Shown: positions 1 to 10,551, numbered from the stretch's first letter. The stretch is 64,000 nucleotides of DNA from Synechococcales cyanobacterium VAR_4_metabat_354 (GCA_031414775.1 JANOQI010000024.1:64001-128000), one strand, 5' to 3'. Notes: generated by a model not told the origin, from the letters alone. Program-made: numbers and translations.

Positions 1-1
1 A

Positions 2-571
2 AAGGGCTATAAGTTTTCGACTTATGCTACTTGGTGGATTCGGCAGGCCATTACCAGAGCGATCGCCGATCAGTCACGCACTATTCGGTTACCGGTTCAC
101 TTGTACGAAACTATTTCGCGGATTAAGAAAACCACGAAATTGCTATCACAGGGCATGGGTCGGAAGCCGACTGAAGAAGAAATCGCCACCAAGATGGAAA
201 TGACCATCGAGAAGCTGCGCTTTATTGCCAAGTCGGCGCAGTTGCCAATTTCCCTAGAAACTCCAATCGGTAAAGAAGAAGATTCTCGTCTGGGTGACTT
301 CATTGAAGCTGATGGCGAAATGCCGGAAGATCAAGTTTCTAAGAACTTGCTGCGTGAAGATCTAGAAAGCGTTTTAGACACCCTTAGCCCTCGGGAAAGA
401 GATGTTTTAAGATTGCGCTACGGTCTAGACGATGGCCGGATGAAAACTTTAGAAGAGATCGGTCAGATCTTCAATGTTACGCGGGAACGCATTCGACAAA
501 TTGAAGCTAAGGCACTGCGCAAACTGCGCCATCCAAACCGCAATAGTATTCTCAAAGAATATATTCGGTAG
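2..571 (+). CDS. sigA: RNA polymerase principal sigma factor SigA/RpoD, C-terminal part (5' end outside window)
   Basis: Frame from nt 2 reads [33 protein letters not shown] (region 2.3-2.4); region 4 [30 protein letters not shown]; cyanobacterial SigA C-terminus [11 protein letters not shown]. Confidence 0.95.
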   Translation, partial: KGYKFSTYATWWIRQAITRAIADQSRTIRLPVHLYETISRIKKTTKLLSQGMGRKPTEEEIATKMEMTIEKLRFIAKSAQLPISLETPIGKEEDSRLGDFIEADGEMPEDQVSKNLLREDLESVLDTLSPRERDVLRLRYGLDDGRMKTLEEIGQIFNVTRERIRQIEAKALRKLRHPNRNSILKEYIR

Positions 572-588
572 TTTGAAAAGTTGATTGT

Positions 589-619
589 AAAAAGTGGGCT
601 GCTGGACAGCCCGCTTTTT
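589..619. terminator. Bidirectional rho-independent terminator
   Basis: AAAAAGTGGGCTG-ctgga-CAGCCCGCTTTTT hairpin flanked by A and T tracts, between convergent genes. Confidence 0.8.
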
Positions 620-623
620 GTAG

Positions 624-1628
624 TTACTGAAAAATTTCGCTAGATTCCAAAACTGTTTCGTAAAAGAAATAGACCGAACCTTTAAAACCAGCTGATTGAA
701 CGGCGGCAATTTGTTGTTTTACTAGCTCGGGTGGCTGTTTTTTACCCTTTAAGCCAGTCAGAATCCCGATCGCCAGCTGCTGTTTCAGGGGCTGTAATTC
801 TGGTTTCTTTAATTCGGCTTGGAAGGCTGGCAAATTGTAGCGATATACCTGTAGCACCAACTCATCGATTAGACCCAACTCATGCCAGCGCTGCCAATTC
901 ATTCGGTAGTTGTCGATCGAGAACTTTAACGGATTGGGACTCACTGATACTAGACAATCAGGTTTGGTCGCTTTAATCTGGCCGACGATTTGTTGAAAAG
1001 AATTTGTTAACTTGTCACCTGCCCAATCTGCCCAAGATTGTTGCTGACCAAATGGCCAAATTCCTGTTGCTGATTGCCGATAGGCTGCTTGAGTGCTTGG
1101 CTCAAAGCCCAACTCGATTGGCCAACCCCAGTGATCATCGAACTGAATACCATCGATCGGATAGCGCGAGACCAAATCGATGATTAATTCTCCCATCATG
1201 TCAACTACTTGCGGGTCACTAGGATTGAGCCACACCGATTGGTCGAGCTGGCCTGATGCTGTTTTACGGCGCAACCGATCGCCAGTATTAGTCAGAGTCA
1301 AGCAACTAGGATAGCGCTGGACTAATTCACAGTTGGGGGGCAACATGAGACCGTATTCCCACCAAACAATGACCCGCAAACCCAGTTCATGAGAGATTTC
1401 TAGCAGTTCAGCGAGGTAATCCCGACTGCTATATTCTGGCTGGGGGATAGTGAGGTGACCAGTATATTTTTCAGCGATCGAACTGGGGTAAAGGGTGTAA
1501 CCTCGTTGCCAGACCACCGGATAGATGGTGTCAAAGCCTAGTTGTTGGAGCTGGCGCAGGCCAGCTTCTAGATTTTGACGAGAATGGAGTAGTTTACTAC
1601 CGGTGTTAGTTAGCCAAACGCCTTGCAT
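624..1628 (-). CDS. Glycoside hydrolase-like 10 (GHL10, YddW/DigH family)
   Basis: GVWLTN, G(F)DTIYPVVWQRGYTLYPS, WWEYGLM, Y-IDGIQFDDH, VLQVYR motifs. Confidence 0.85.
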   Translation of the reverse strand: MQGVWLTNTGSKLLHSRQNLEAGLRQLQQLGFDTIYPVVWQRGYTLYPSSIAEKYTGHLTIPQPEYSSRDYLAELLEISHELGLRVIVWWEYGLMLPPNCELVQRYPSCLTLTNTGDRLRRKTASGQLDQSVWLNPSDPQVVDMMGELIIDLVSRYPIDGIQFDDHWGWPIELGFEPSTQAAYRQSATGIWPFGQQQSWADWAGDKLTNSFQQIVGQIKATKPDCLVSVSPNPLKFSIDNYRMNWQRWHELGLIDELVLQVYRYNLPAFQAELKKPELQPLKQQLAIGILTGLKGKKQPPELVKQQIAAVQSAGFKGSVYFFYETVLESSEIFQ

Positions 1629-1642
1629 TATTTTTTGGGTGG

Positions 1643-2602
1643 TTAGTTGGTTTTTTGGTAAGCATTCATCGGCTCGCGAATAAACCGAATGTACAAATGC
1701 CGGAACGTAGACTTAATCACGCGGGGCAGGGCGAAGTCGATCGGCATCAATGCTGCTGGTAGTTTCCAATCGCTCATCTGTAGATCCACTGGTCGGCACA
1801 ACAAGAATTCGATTTCGGTGGGTGCATAACCCAATCGTTGCGCAGCGGCGGCTGTTGGGACTAACTGCCAATCCACATTTAGCACTTCTAACATGGCTAT
1901 GTCTAAGGCAAATACGTTGGCTGATGCTCCCAGTACACCCAGGTTTCGGGGTTCGCCACTGCTAGGACCGTTGCCTTCATGGCCAATAATGCCATCAATG
2001 ATTGTCAGGTCGGGATCGATCGCCCGAGCAGTTTCTACCAACATTTCACCAAAAGTGTCAGCATCTTTGCCAGCGCTCATATGCCACCAGGCTTTCATTT
2101 TTCCTGGTACACAACCAAACAAGTTCTTGACCCCTAAGGTCATGGTTAACTGCATGTGCGACTTGACCTTGGGTAGGTTAATTACAACATCAGCGTTCAT
2201 GGCCTCTTTGCTCAGCAGTAAATTATCAAAACTGTCGCTAGTCGTGCTGTAACGCTGACCGTGAAACTCCACCACTGGTAGACCAATTTCTGCCATCATG
2301 GGCAGATAACCATTGTTTTTGGCCACGCCCAGAGCACTTCCAAAAGCTGGACTATCGCCAAAGAAAGGTTGGCCACCAGCTTCTTGTACCAGTTGAGCTA
2401 CGCATTTGACCAATTCTGGTCTGGTGACGCATTCTTTAGTTGGTCTTGCTCCGGTTAACAGATTTGGCTTCAGCAAAACCCGTTGCCCTGGTTTAACAAA
2501 AGCTGCCATCCCGCCCAACGGCGCTAAGACATCAATGATCGACTGCCGGAGGGCTTGCTCGGCGTAGGTCTCGGCACGGATTAAACTAACTGTTGCTGAC
2601 AT
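1643..2602 (-). CDS. DUF362 domain protein
   Basis: VKPGQRVLLKPNLLT, TRPELV, GDSPAFG, INLPKVKSH, LGVKNLFGCVPG, HEGNGPSSG. Confidence 0.85.
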   Translation of the reverse strand: MSATVSLIRAETYAEQALRQSIIDVLAPLGGMAAFVKPGQRVLLKPNLLTGARPTKECVTRPELVKCVAQLVQEAGGQPFFGDSPAFGSALGVAKNNGYLPMMAEIGLPVVEFHGQRYSTTSDSFDNLLLSKEAMNADVVINLPKVKSHMQLTMTLGVKNLFGCVPGKMKAWWHMSAGKDADTFGEMLVETARAIDPDLTIIDGIIGHEGNGPSSGEPRNLGVLGASANVFALDIAMLEVLNVDWQLVPTAAAAQRLGYAPTEIEFLLCRPVDLQMSDWKLPAALMPIDFALPRVIKSTFRHLYIRFIREPMNAYQKTN

Positions 2603-2631
2603 GGACTGACAAAACTACTTCACTCCACATT

Positions 2632-3318
2632 CTAGTGGCTCGGTGGGTCGATCGCCAATTGGGGAATATTCAGCTGATAACCAAATTGCCGGATCGTAAC
2701 GATCGAATCCGGCTGGGGCAATTTTTTACGCAAAGATAAAATGTGGGTATCGACAGTACGGCTACTGCCCATGTTTTCATCCCAAGCTCGGTGTAGCAAT
2801 TCCATCCGACTGACTGGTTGACCATGCGATTGCAGTAGCACGTATAACAAACTAAATTCTTGGGGGGTGAGATCGATCGCTTTCTGCTGGCAGTAAAACC
2901 GTCGCCGTACCAAATCTACATGCAGATCGCCATGTACAATCTCAGAAGGCAATACATTGGTACGAGAGCGCCGCAGCAATGTCGCTACCCGGGCTAAAAA
3001 TTCTTTCATCCCAAAAGGTTTTTTCAGGTAATCATCGGCAAACTCTAAGCTGGTAACAATTTCAGTCTCAGTCAGCCGAGTCGATAACATCAAAATCAGG
3101 GTGTTACTGTGAATGCGTAACCACTGGCAGAGTTCTGTCCCACTGCCATCGGCTAAATCGTAATCGACAATCACCATATCCGGAAGCAGGCGGGTGATCT
3201 CCTGCTGAGCCATCACCATGCTGGCTGTCTGCCGCACTTGATGCCCTTGTTGTTGAAGTTGGGTAGTTAAGATCGATCGAAGGTTGGGATTGCCAATTAC
3301 CACTGCAATTACGGACAT
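2632..3318 (-). CDS. OmpR/PhoB-family response regulator (atypical receiver)
   Basis: Receiver (VIVDYDL, ADDYLKKPF) plus winged helix (LTPQEFSLL, SRTVDTHILSLRKK, TIRQFGY). Confidence 0.9.
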   Translation of the reverse strand: MSVIAVVIGNPNLRSILTTQLQQQGHQVRQTASMVMAQQEITRLLPDMVIVDYDLADGSGTELCQWLRIHSNTLILMLSTRLTETEIVTSLEFADDYLKKPFGMKEFLARVATLLRRSRTNVLPSEIVHGDLHVDLVRRRFYCQQKAIDLTPQEFSLLYVLLQSHGQPVSRMELLHRAWDENMGSSRTVDTHILSLRKKLPQPDSIVTIRQFGYQLNIPQLAIDPPSH

Positions 3319-3613
3319 GGATATATCACTGAATGATAGATAGCAGTGAAAGACAGGTTATCTATCATTCTATTTCTATCCTTACTACCGGCAGGGGATT
3401 GATACCGAGTCTATTGCAAAAATGATCGCCAGAATGGAGGTGAACTAGCAATCTCAAGTGTTATAGTGCCAGTATAACGTTAGCTACATTGCTAGTTTAG
3501 ATCTAAATTAATATAACTTTTTGCAAATAAATTCGCCAAAACATGCGGATATCCGTCAAGACAGTTTGTTAAATCTGATATATTCTGGTAATGATTTGGA
3601 GGAATTTGAGGAT

Positions 3614-3862
3614 ATGCTGCAACAAACCGAAACAATTCGTCATTATCAAAAAATTACTGACGCGGTAGTCGAAATGTGGAATCGGGGTTACCGTTTTGAT
3701 GATTTGCGGATGTACCTAGATGGCTATCTGGCCGGACTACGGGCAACCAATACCATGGAAGCTTACCAAGTGAATCGTCTGGAGGAGGACGCCACTCGTT
3801 ATATCTACGATCCTTCCAACTTCGAGACCCCTCTACTACAGCCAGAAGTCGGTTATTACTAA
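3614..3862 (+). CDS. Small conserved cyanobacterial protein (DUF6761-like)
   Basis: ATG at 3614 preceded by GAGGA; MLQQTETIRHYQKITDAVVEMWNRGYR...YLDGYLA pattern. Confidence 0.7.
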   Translation: MLQQTETIRHYQKITDAVVEMWNRGYRFDDLRMYLDGYLAGLRATNTMEAYQVNRLEEDATRYIYDPSNFETPLLQPEVGYY

Positions 3863-3877
3863 GTTTTCAGAGTTTTT

Positions 3878-4237
3878 TTGATTTCTTTACAAATTTACGG
3901 TATTCCTAACTGCGGCACTTGCAAGAAGGCTTTGCAGTGGTTGGACTTTAGCGACATCGCATATGAATTCGTGAATACTAAAGACCGGCAACCCAGTCGA
4001 TCGCAAATTGCTGATTGGGTAGCGTCTTTGGGTAACAAACCTTTACGCAATACTTCCGGCCAGTCCTATCGATCGATCGGCGAAGAGAAGCAAGATTGGA
4101 GTGATGAGCAGTGGATAGACGCTTTTGCCCAAGATGCCATGTTACTAAAGCGACCACTGTTTGTGAAAGATGGCACTGCTGTACTGGCTGGTTTTCGAGA
4201 AAAGGGCGAAGTGATTAGAGAAAAATTGGGGATTTAG
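3878..4237 (+). CDS. ArsC/Spx/MgsR family protein
   Basis: IYGIPNCGTCKKA, NTSGQSYR, MLLKRPLF; no ATG, probable TTG start. Confidence 0.85.
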   Translation: MISLQIYGIPNCGTCKKALQWLDFSDIAYEFVNTKDRQPSRSQIADWVASLGNKPLRNTSGQSYRSIGEEKQDWSDEQWIDAFAQDAMLLKRPLFVKDGTAVLAGFREKGEVIREKLGI

Positions 4238-4274
4238 GATTATCCCCAATCATCAGAACAGGCTCAAAACCAGA

Positions 4275-4598
4275 TTAAGAGGCTAAGGCTACTTCTACAA
4301 TTTGCTGAATCTCACCTTTTTGGTATAGTTCCGCCATCACATCGGAGCCACCAATAAACTCACCATTGATATAGACCTGGGGGATGGTTGGCCAGCTGGA
4401 ATATTCCTTGATACCCTGACGAACTTCATCATTAGAGAGAATATCAAAGGTTTCATAGGGTACGCCTAAAATATTCAAAATTTGAACGACATTGTTAGAA
4501 AATCCGCATTGGGGTTGTAACCGATCACCTTTCATGAAGACCATGATCTTGTTTTGCTTGATCATGTCGCCGATTTGTTGTTGAGTTGCTGTATTCAT
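4275..4598 (-). CDS. grxD: Monothiol glutaredoxin (Grx4 family)
   Basis: FMKG...PQCGFS, WPTIPQVYINGEFIGGSD. Confidence 0.95.
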   Translation of the reverse strand: MNTATQQQIGDMIKQNKIMVFMKGDRLQPQCGFSNNVVQILNILGVPYETFDILSNDEVRQGIKEYSSWPTIPQVYINGEFIGGSDVMAELYQKGEIQQIVEVALAS

Positions 4599-4649
4599 AA
4601 TATTTAGCTTTATTTAACTTTAAGGTGTGGGCTGCAATAAATTAGAAAG

Positions 4650-4904
4650 TCAGGGCTGCTCGGCTTGCCAGGCAGCTGGCGTAAAAGTTTTCAGTGCTAG
4701 AGCATGAATGTCTTCACTGGCCATCGCGGCGTTCACCGATCGATATACCATCTGATGCTGTTGTACCAGAGTTTTACCGGCAAACTGCTCCGAAACTACT
4801 ACGGCTTGATAGTGATCGCCACCACCGGTCAGGTCGGTGACTTTAACTTCGGCATCCGCAATGCCATTCTTGATCATTGCTTCAACTTCGACTGGAGTAA
4901 TCAT
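4650..4904 (-). CDS. bolA: BolA family protein
   Basis: [27 protein letters not shown]; adjacent to grxD as is typical. Confidence 0.92.
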   Translation of the reverse strand: MITPVEVEAMIKNGIADAEVKVTDLTGGGDHYQAVVVSEQFAGKTLVQQHQMVYRSVNAAMASEDIHALALKTFTPAAWQAEQP

Positions 4905-5072
4905 GAAAAAGGGAGTGATAAATAATCGTCTAGGTCGATCTTAACATCTTGGCCGAAGGCACCATACTATTAATCTGGCATGATTTCTAAACCATGCTAT
5001 CCCTCAACCCATCAAATGTTGGCCTCAAACCACTGCAACATTTGGGTCGAGATTGTTTTATGATTTGCAATA

Positions 5073-5086
5073 AGTACATTAGTATT
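5073..5086 (+). promoter_or_regulatory. Putative cyanobacterial LexA (SOS) box
   Basis: AGTAC-att-AGTATT, one mismatch to RGTAC-N3-DGTWCB, just downstream of a TATGAT -10-like hexamer (5059-5064) and 8 nt before the sbcC ATG. Confidence 0.55.
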
Positions 5087-5094
5087 TTTGTTTC

Positions 5095-8000
5095 ATGATT
5101 CCATTGCAGCTTTCCCTCAAAAACTTTCTCAGCTATCGGGAAGCCAGCTTAGACTTCTCTGGACTACACACCGCCTGTATTTGTGGTGCTAATGGAGCCG
5201 GGAAATCCTCTTTACTAGAAGCCATTACTTGGTCAATTTGGGGGCAGAGTCGGGCGGCTAGCGAAGATGATGCGATCGCCAACGGGGCAGCAGATATGCG
5301 GGTGGACTTTACGTTCCAGCTGCATGGGGTGATTTATCGGATTATTCGCAGTCGCCAACGAGGGGGCAGTGGCTCTTTGGAGCTGCAAGTAATGACCGAC
5401 CAAACCTTTAAGTCCCTCACTCAGAAAGGAGTCAAAGCTACCCAAGCCCTGATTGATGAATACCTAAAGATTGACTACGATACTTTTATCAACTCCGCCT
5501 ATCTGCGTCAGGGTAAAGCTGATGAATTTATGCTGAAAAAGGCGGGCGAGCGGAAGCAGATTCTGGCCGACTTGCTCAAGCTGGATCAGTATGAAGATCT
5601 CTCTGAACAGTCCAGAAAAATTGCCAGCCAACATAAAGCTCAAATTAGTGCGATCAAACAACAATGTGCCAAAGATTTAGAGCGGCTCGACCAAATTCCA
5701 TATGTCAGCACTCATTGTCAGGCCACGCAATTTGAAATTGATGGTCTGCAAGCTATTCAAGCTACCGAGCAAACTGTTTTAGATACCCTGAAAACCACGG
5801 CCAAGCAGCGCGAAACCTATCACCAGCAGTTGCAATGGTCACAGCAACGCCAACAGGAATTACAAAATGACCTGTTGCAAATTCAGCAAGATTTAGCGAA
5901 AACCCAGCTAGAAGGGCAAAATTTGGCTAGTTTATTGGCGCAGGGCGTATCGATCGAACTGGCTTACCAACAGTATCAAGCTTTAGAAATAGCGGTGACT
6001 GACTGGGAGCAAAAATACTATCGCTACCAGCAGCTCCAAACTCAATCCCAGCAGACTACTGCCCAAATCCAGCAGCGGAGCCAACAATTTCAGATTCAAC
6101 TCAGTCAAATGACTACTAATCAGTCTGCTCTCCAACAGCAAGTCCAAGAGCAAGCTGCAATTTTGGCGACGGCGACTGATACTGATCGAGCTTTTGGTCT
6201 ATTGCAGCAGCACCAACAACAGTTGCACCGATTGGACGAATTATATCAACAGGTTGCGCCGCTGTACCAGCGCCAGCGAGAGATCCAAAATCATGTAGAC
6301 CGGCTCACAGCGCAGCAGCAGGCTAAGTCTGAGCAGCAAACCCAACAGATTAATCAACTGCAAAAACAGCTGGCGCAACAGCCAGAACTAACCAAACAGC
6401 TCCAGTTGATCGAACAACAAATTACGGTCTTAGAGCAGCAGCGAGTTGATCTCGATCGGGTGCGGGAAGAGGGTCAAGACCGGCGCAGTACGATCGATCG
6501 CCTGCAAGCCGAGCGCCAGGGCTATGAGCGTCAGCTCCAGCAACTGCACCATAAGCTCATTACCCTCACAGATACCGAAGATGCTAGCTGCCCCCTCTGT
6601 AACCATCCCCTCAGTGGCGAACATTGGGAGCATTTTCTAGCTAGCAACCATGCTGATCGAGAGTCTATTACCCAACAACTGACGTTACTAACTGAAAATG
6701 AACTAGTTGCTACCCGTGAACGCGAAGGCTTCGTAAAAGAATACAAAGAAATTGCGGCACAGTTGGCTGGCGATCAGCAACTATTGGAAACTAAAGGCCA
6801 GGTGGTAGCTGCTTTAGCTACGTTGGCGACCCAAGCTGTAAGCTTAGAGCTGCTTCAGCAAGAGCAACAGGATCTATTGTTATCGATCGAACAGCGCCGC
6901 TATGCCCAAGATTTTTGGGCGGAACTGCAAGAATTAGCCGAGTACCTCCAAGAACTAGGCTACGACGAAAAGAACCATGCTGCGGCCAGAAGTGATGTCG
7001 ATCGATATCGGTGGGCAGAGTTCAAAATAGTTCAAATGGCCGAGGCGAGCTGTAAGCAACAGCAGCTCACCCAACAGCAAGAGCAACTCCAAACAAAAAT
7101 TGAGGAATGTCAGCAGCAGTGGCAAGCTCTCGATCGGGATTCTCCACTACAACAAGAACTCCAAGCTGTACAAACTGAAATGCTGGCATTGGGTTATGAT
7201 GCCCAGCAGCATCAGCAAGCCCAAATGCAATTGCGCCAGTCGCCAGGTATTCAGGCTCAATATCAAGCTTGGCAACAAGCTCAGATTTCTCAACCCCAGA
7301 TATTAGAGCGGATTAAGCAGTTGCAACAGCAGTACCAACAGAAATTGGCCAGTCAGCAACAGGCCGGAGCAGAATGCGCTAAGACAGCTCAACTACTAGC
7401 TAATTTGCCGGAGCAGAGCGACAAAGTTGCCGAGCTAGAGCAGCAAATGATCGATCGCCGTCAGCAGCTCGATCAACAGTTTGCGATTTTGGGTCAACTC
7501 ACCGAACAGCTCGCTCAGCTAGAAAAGCTGCGGCTATCTTTGCAAGAGCAAGAAGCAGAAATTCAAGCCTGTCGCCAGCAGCAGTTAATCTATGATGAAT
7601 TAACTAAAGCCTTTGGCAAGAATGGCATTCAGGCTCTAATTATCGAAAATATTTTGCCACAGCTAGAATCTGAAGCTAACCAAATTCTGCGTCGTCTCAG
7701 CAATAATCAGTTTCATATTCAGTTCATCACCCAAAAATCTACTAAAAAGGCTAGTCGATCAAAGAAAGCATCGGTAAAAAATGCTAAGTTAATCGACACG
7801 CTAGACATTGTGATTGGGGATGTGAATGGGACACGCCCTTATGAAAATTACTCAGGGGGAGAAGCTTTTCGGATTAATTTTTCGATTCGGTTGGCTTTAG
7901 CCAAGCTGCTTTCCCAGCGGGCAGGGACACCACTACAAATGCTGATTGTGGATGAGGGTTTTGGGACTCAGGATCAAGAAGGATGCGATCGATTGATTGC

Positions 8001-8136
8001 GGCGATTAATGCGATCGCTAATGATTTTAAATGTATTTTGGCGGTGACTCACATGCCGCAGTTTAAGGAGGCTTTTCATACGCGCATTGAGGTCATGAAA
8101 ACGGTGGAAGGCTCTAAAATTGAGGTGTTTACATGA
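5095..8136 (+). CDS. sbcC: SbcC / Rad50-like exonuclease ATPase subunit
   Basis: Walker A GANGAGKSS, long Gln-rich coiled coil with central zinc hook CPLC, signature YSGGE, Walker B LIVDEGFG, VTH. Confidence 0.95.
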   Translation: MIPLQLSLKNFLSYREASLDFSGLHTACICGANGAGKSSLLEAITWSIWGQSRAASEDDAIANGAADMRVDFTFQLHGVIYRIIRSRQRGGSGSLELQVMTDQTFKSLTQKGVKATQALIDEYLKIDYDTFINSAYLRQGKADEFMLKKAGERKQILADLLKLDQYEDLSEQSRKIASQHKAQISAIKQQCAKDLERLDQIPYVSTHCQATQFEIDGLQAIQATEQTVLDTLKTTAKQRETYHQQLQWSQQRQQELQNDLLQIQQDLAKTQLEGQNLASLLAQGVSIELAYQQYQALEIAVTDWEQKYYRYQQLQTQSQQTTAQIQQRSQQFQIQLSQMTTNQSALQQQVQEQAAILATATDTDRAFGLLQQHQQQLHRLDELYQQVAPLYQRQREIQNHVDRLTAQQQAKSEQQTQQINQLQKQLAQQPELTKQLQLIEQQITVLEQQRVDLDRVREEGQDRRSTIDRLQAERQGYERQLQQLHHKLITLTDTEDASCPLCNHPLSGEHWEHFLASNHADRESITQQLTLLTENELVATREREGFVKEYKEIAAQLAGDQQLLETKGQVVAALATLATQAVSLELLQQEQQDLLLSIEQRRYAQDFWAELQELAEYLQELGYDEKNHAAARSDVDRYRWAEFKIVQMAEASCKQQQLTQQQEQLQTKIEECQQQWQALDRDSPLQQELQAVQTEMLALGYDAQQHQQAQMQLRQSPGIQAQYQAWQQAQISQPQILERIKQLQQQYQQKLASQQQAGAECAKTAQLLANLPEQSDKVAELEQQMIDRRQQLDQQFAILGQLTEQLAQLEKLRLSLQEQEAEIQACRQQQLIYDELTKAFGKNGIQALIIENILPQLESEANQILRRLSNNQFHIQFITQKSTKKASRSKKASVKNAKLIDTLDIVIGDVNGTRPYENYSGGEAFRINFSIRLALAKLLSQRAGTPLQMLIVDEGFGTQDQEGCDRLIAAINAIANDFKCILAVTHMPQFKEAFHTRIEVMKTVEGSKIEVFT

Positions 8137-8198
8137 TTGACGCGCAGCTTGGGAGATATTGTAGTCGGAAAGTTTCCAAGCCTGATGTCTGGGCAGTC

Positions 8199-9230
8199 TT
8201 AAATCTGACTTTTAGAAAATTCTCCACCCACATCTGGTAACTGGTTAATTCGATCAATCACCTGCTCTACTGCTGCTACCATTACCTCCGGCTGATCGAC
8301 CCAAACAAAATGACTACTCTCCACCGCTGAAAACCGCTGTGAATCATCTGCCACTTTCGCCAAGGCGATATGAATGCCATCCCTAATTCGATCGGCCTCA
8401 CCAATCAACCAATTCCATAGTCTGGGCGATCCAGGTAACTTCAGAAACGTCCCGGCCTTAATATTGACCACTGGCAAATCGCCCAACTCATTAGCCACCC
8501 GCAACTGTCTGCCACTAGCATCCAACCCGATCATTTCTCTAGCCATAGTCAACCAGTGACTAGCTCGATAAAAAGATCTTTTTACCTGCCTGAGCCTCAC
8601 CGGATCACAACGCTTTAGCTCCGGCTTGATTAGTTCAAATAGCCCCAACGTGCCTGCGGCTCTCACAACACCCAACATCGCTCCCACCGCAACAAAACCA
8701 AAAGAAATCGAGAAGAACAATTTCAGTAGCACTAATCGTAGCGGCAAAGATAGCATTTGTTCTTCATGCAAACCGTCAGTCATTACCAACCCAGCTACCT
8801 GCTCCGAATAACTATGGGTGAACAATCGCATGTTGTAGCTACCAAAAGAGTCACCCACCAAAATATAGGGTGGCTGAATCTGTGCTGTTTGTAATAAGGA
8901 TTGCAGCTCTGTACTAATTTGTTTGCTGGTGCGCGATCGCCAATTACTCGGACTCCAGCCATAGCCCGGTCGATCGAACACCACGACTCGCCCTAATTTA
9001 GTCAGCTTATCGATCAATAAATAACCTTCCACGCCACCTAAACTACTGTCCAAGACAATTGTGATAGCGCCGCTTCCTTGCTGATACCAATGCAATTTTT
9101 GGCTGCCAGTGGTGGTGATAGTACCAGGAGCCGGAAATTGACTGATTTCTAAGTAGCTAGCGATCGAATGGTAGCAGGTCGTAACTGCCAAAATACTCAG
9201 CTCAATTGCTTGAAATGTTGATAAATTCAT
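8199..9230 (-). CDS. Alpha/beta fold hydrolase
   Basis: FDRPGYGWS, nucleophile elbow LVGDSFG, SSHFVWVDQP. Confidence 0.8.
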   Translation of the reverse strand: MNLSTFQAIELSILAVTTCYHSIASYLEISQFPAPGTITTTGSQKLHWYQQGSGAITIVLDSSLGGVEGYLLIDKLTKLGRVVVFDRPGYGWSPSNWRSRTSKQISTELQSLLQTAQIQPPYILVGDSFGSYNMRLFTHSYSEQVAGLVMTDGLHEEQMLSLPLRLVLLKLFFSISFGFVAVGAMLGVVRAAGTLGLFELIKPELKRCDPVRLRQVKRSFYRASHWLTMAREMIGLDASGRQLRVANELGDLPVVNIKAGTFLKLPGSPRLWNWLIGEADRIRDGIHIALAKVADDSQRFSAVESSHFVWVDQPEVMVAAVEQVIDRINQLPDVGGEFSKSQI

Positions 9231-9381
9231 TACTGGTGGGGCTGACCCAGGAATATTAGCTAATTATTCCCATTCTGGCAGACTTTGATAACTTTACCGG
9301 TTCAACTCTTTGATGGCGTTGGGAGCAATGATTGAAAATGTTCTACAATCTCGGATAGTTTTGATCATTCCCGGTAAAGCT

Positions 9382-9762
9382 ATGCGATTACTACACACCA
9401 TGCTGCGCGTCGGCAACCTAGAGCGATCGATCGATTTTTACTGCCAGGTACTGGGGATGCAGTTATTGCGACGGGAAGATTTCCCTAGCGGTAAATTCAC
9501 CTTAGCTTTTGTTGGCTATGGTACCGAATCTGACCATACAGTCATTGAGCTGACCCATAACTGGAGTCAAGATACCTACGAATTAGGTAACGCCTATGGA
9601 CATATTGCGATCGGCGTAGATGACATCTATCAAACCTGCGCCGAGATGAAAGCACGCGGTGGCAAAGTGATCCGAGAACCAGGAGCTATGCAGCATGGCA
9701 GTACCATTATTGCTTTTATTGAAGACCCTGATGGCTACAAAGTGGAGTTGATTCAGTCTTAG
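9382..9762 (+). CDS. gloA: Lactoylglutathione lyase (glyoxalase I)
   Basis: [41 protein letters not shown]. Confidence 0.95.
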   Translation: MRLLHTMLRVGNLERSIDFYCQVLGMQLLRREDFPSGKFTLAFVGYGTESDHTVIELTHNWSQDTYELGNAYGHIAIGVDDIYQTCAEMKARGGKVIREPGAMQHGSTIIAFIEDPDGYKVELIQS

Positions 9763-10096
9763 CACTCAGTTGAACATGCATTGTGCGATCGATCGCACTG
9801 GGATAATTGTTTTTTTGGGTTGGGGCATTATAAAAAGCATAGGTGTCGAACAGGGTACCTACTAATGCACAAACCATCGCAATGATCAACATCCCGGCGA
9901 GCGGTGAGCCACTACCAAAAACTGTCAAGAAACCAGTGATATGATGATTCCCGGCTAAGCCCAGACCACCCACCCCTGGCAAGTAAGCCCATAGTTGCAT
10001 ACCTAGCCAGACAGTCCCAAACAGTACGATCGGTGCTAAGAAACTAGCAAGAGCTGCCAATAGTAGGGAGCGCGTAAAGGCGGAAAAAATCTTCAT
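9716..10096 (-). CDS. Hypothetical membrane protein (conserved cyanobacterial type)
   Basis: ATG at 10096; two to three hydrophobic helices, FGSGSP...LFDTYAFY; 3' end overlaps gloA by 47 bp. Confidence 0.6.
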   Translation of the reverse strand: MKIFSAFTRSLLLAALASFLAPIVLFGTVWLGMQLWAYLPGVGGLGLAGNHHITGFLTVFGSGSPLAGMLIIAMVCALVGTLFDTYAFYNAPTQKNNYPSAIDRTMHVQLSAKTESTPLCSHQGLQ

Positions 10097-10551
10097 GGGG
10101 TGACACCTGAATTGACTGTGGTGGTTCTGGTCAGTGTGTGCTTGGAGTTCGAAGCAGAACGAATATTTATGTTGAACACATTTCAAGATAAGGGTTTTTG
10201 GAACGGACTAACCAATTCTGTGAGAAATCTTAAAACTTCCTTAAGCTTTTACAAAAGTTTGTATTGTTTTCCAAAGTTACCGCCCCTCAAAAGATATTCA
10301 ATGATCTCTGTCTATACATCTAAGAGCCATGGTTTCAATGAAATACTACTCGAAAGAGTTAAAAATACTACAGGTGCTAAATAAAGCCAATCTTCACAAA
10401 TGTCGATCTATCTGGATTGGTTGTCATACTTAATCTTAATCCAATCCTTTAGTGATATTTAGTAAGTGATTTGGGGTTAGAGATTGGGGGATGGTTGCGC
10501 TAAGCTAGAGGAAGTCTAGTTCATATTTCTTCATCACTAGGCTTTACTAAC

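Noticed and set aside
3472..3487. GTA...TAC as an NtcA site
   Set aside because: Spacer is 10 nt, not the required 8
4275..4904. bolA-grxD pair
   Set aside because: Well-known conserved Fe-S trafficking pair
5700..7600. Dense CAG/CAA runs suggesting a tandem repeat
   Set aside because: Explained by the Gln-rich coiled coil of SbcC; no fixed repeat unit
10097..10551. AT-rich intergenic region with ORF 10100-10384 or a possible sRNA
   Set aside because: The ORF has no recognisable features and there is no clear terminator or structure; most simply a divergent promoter region
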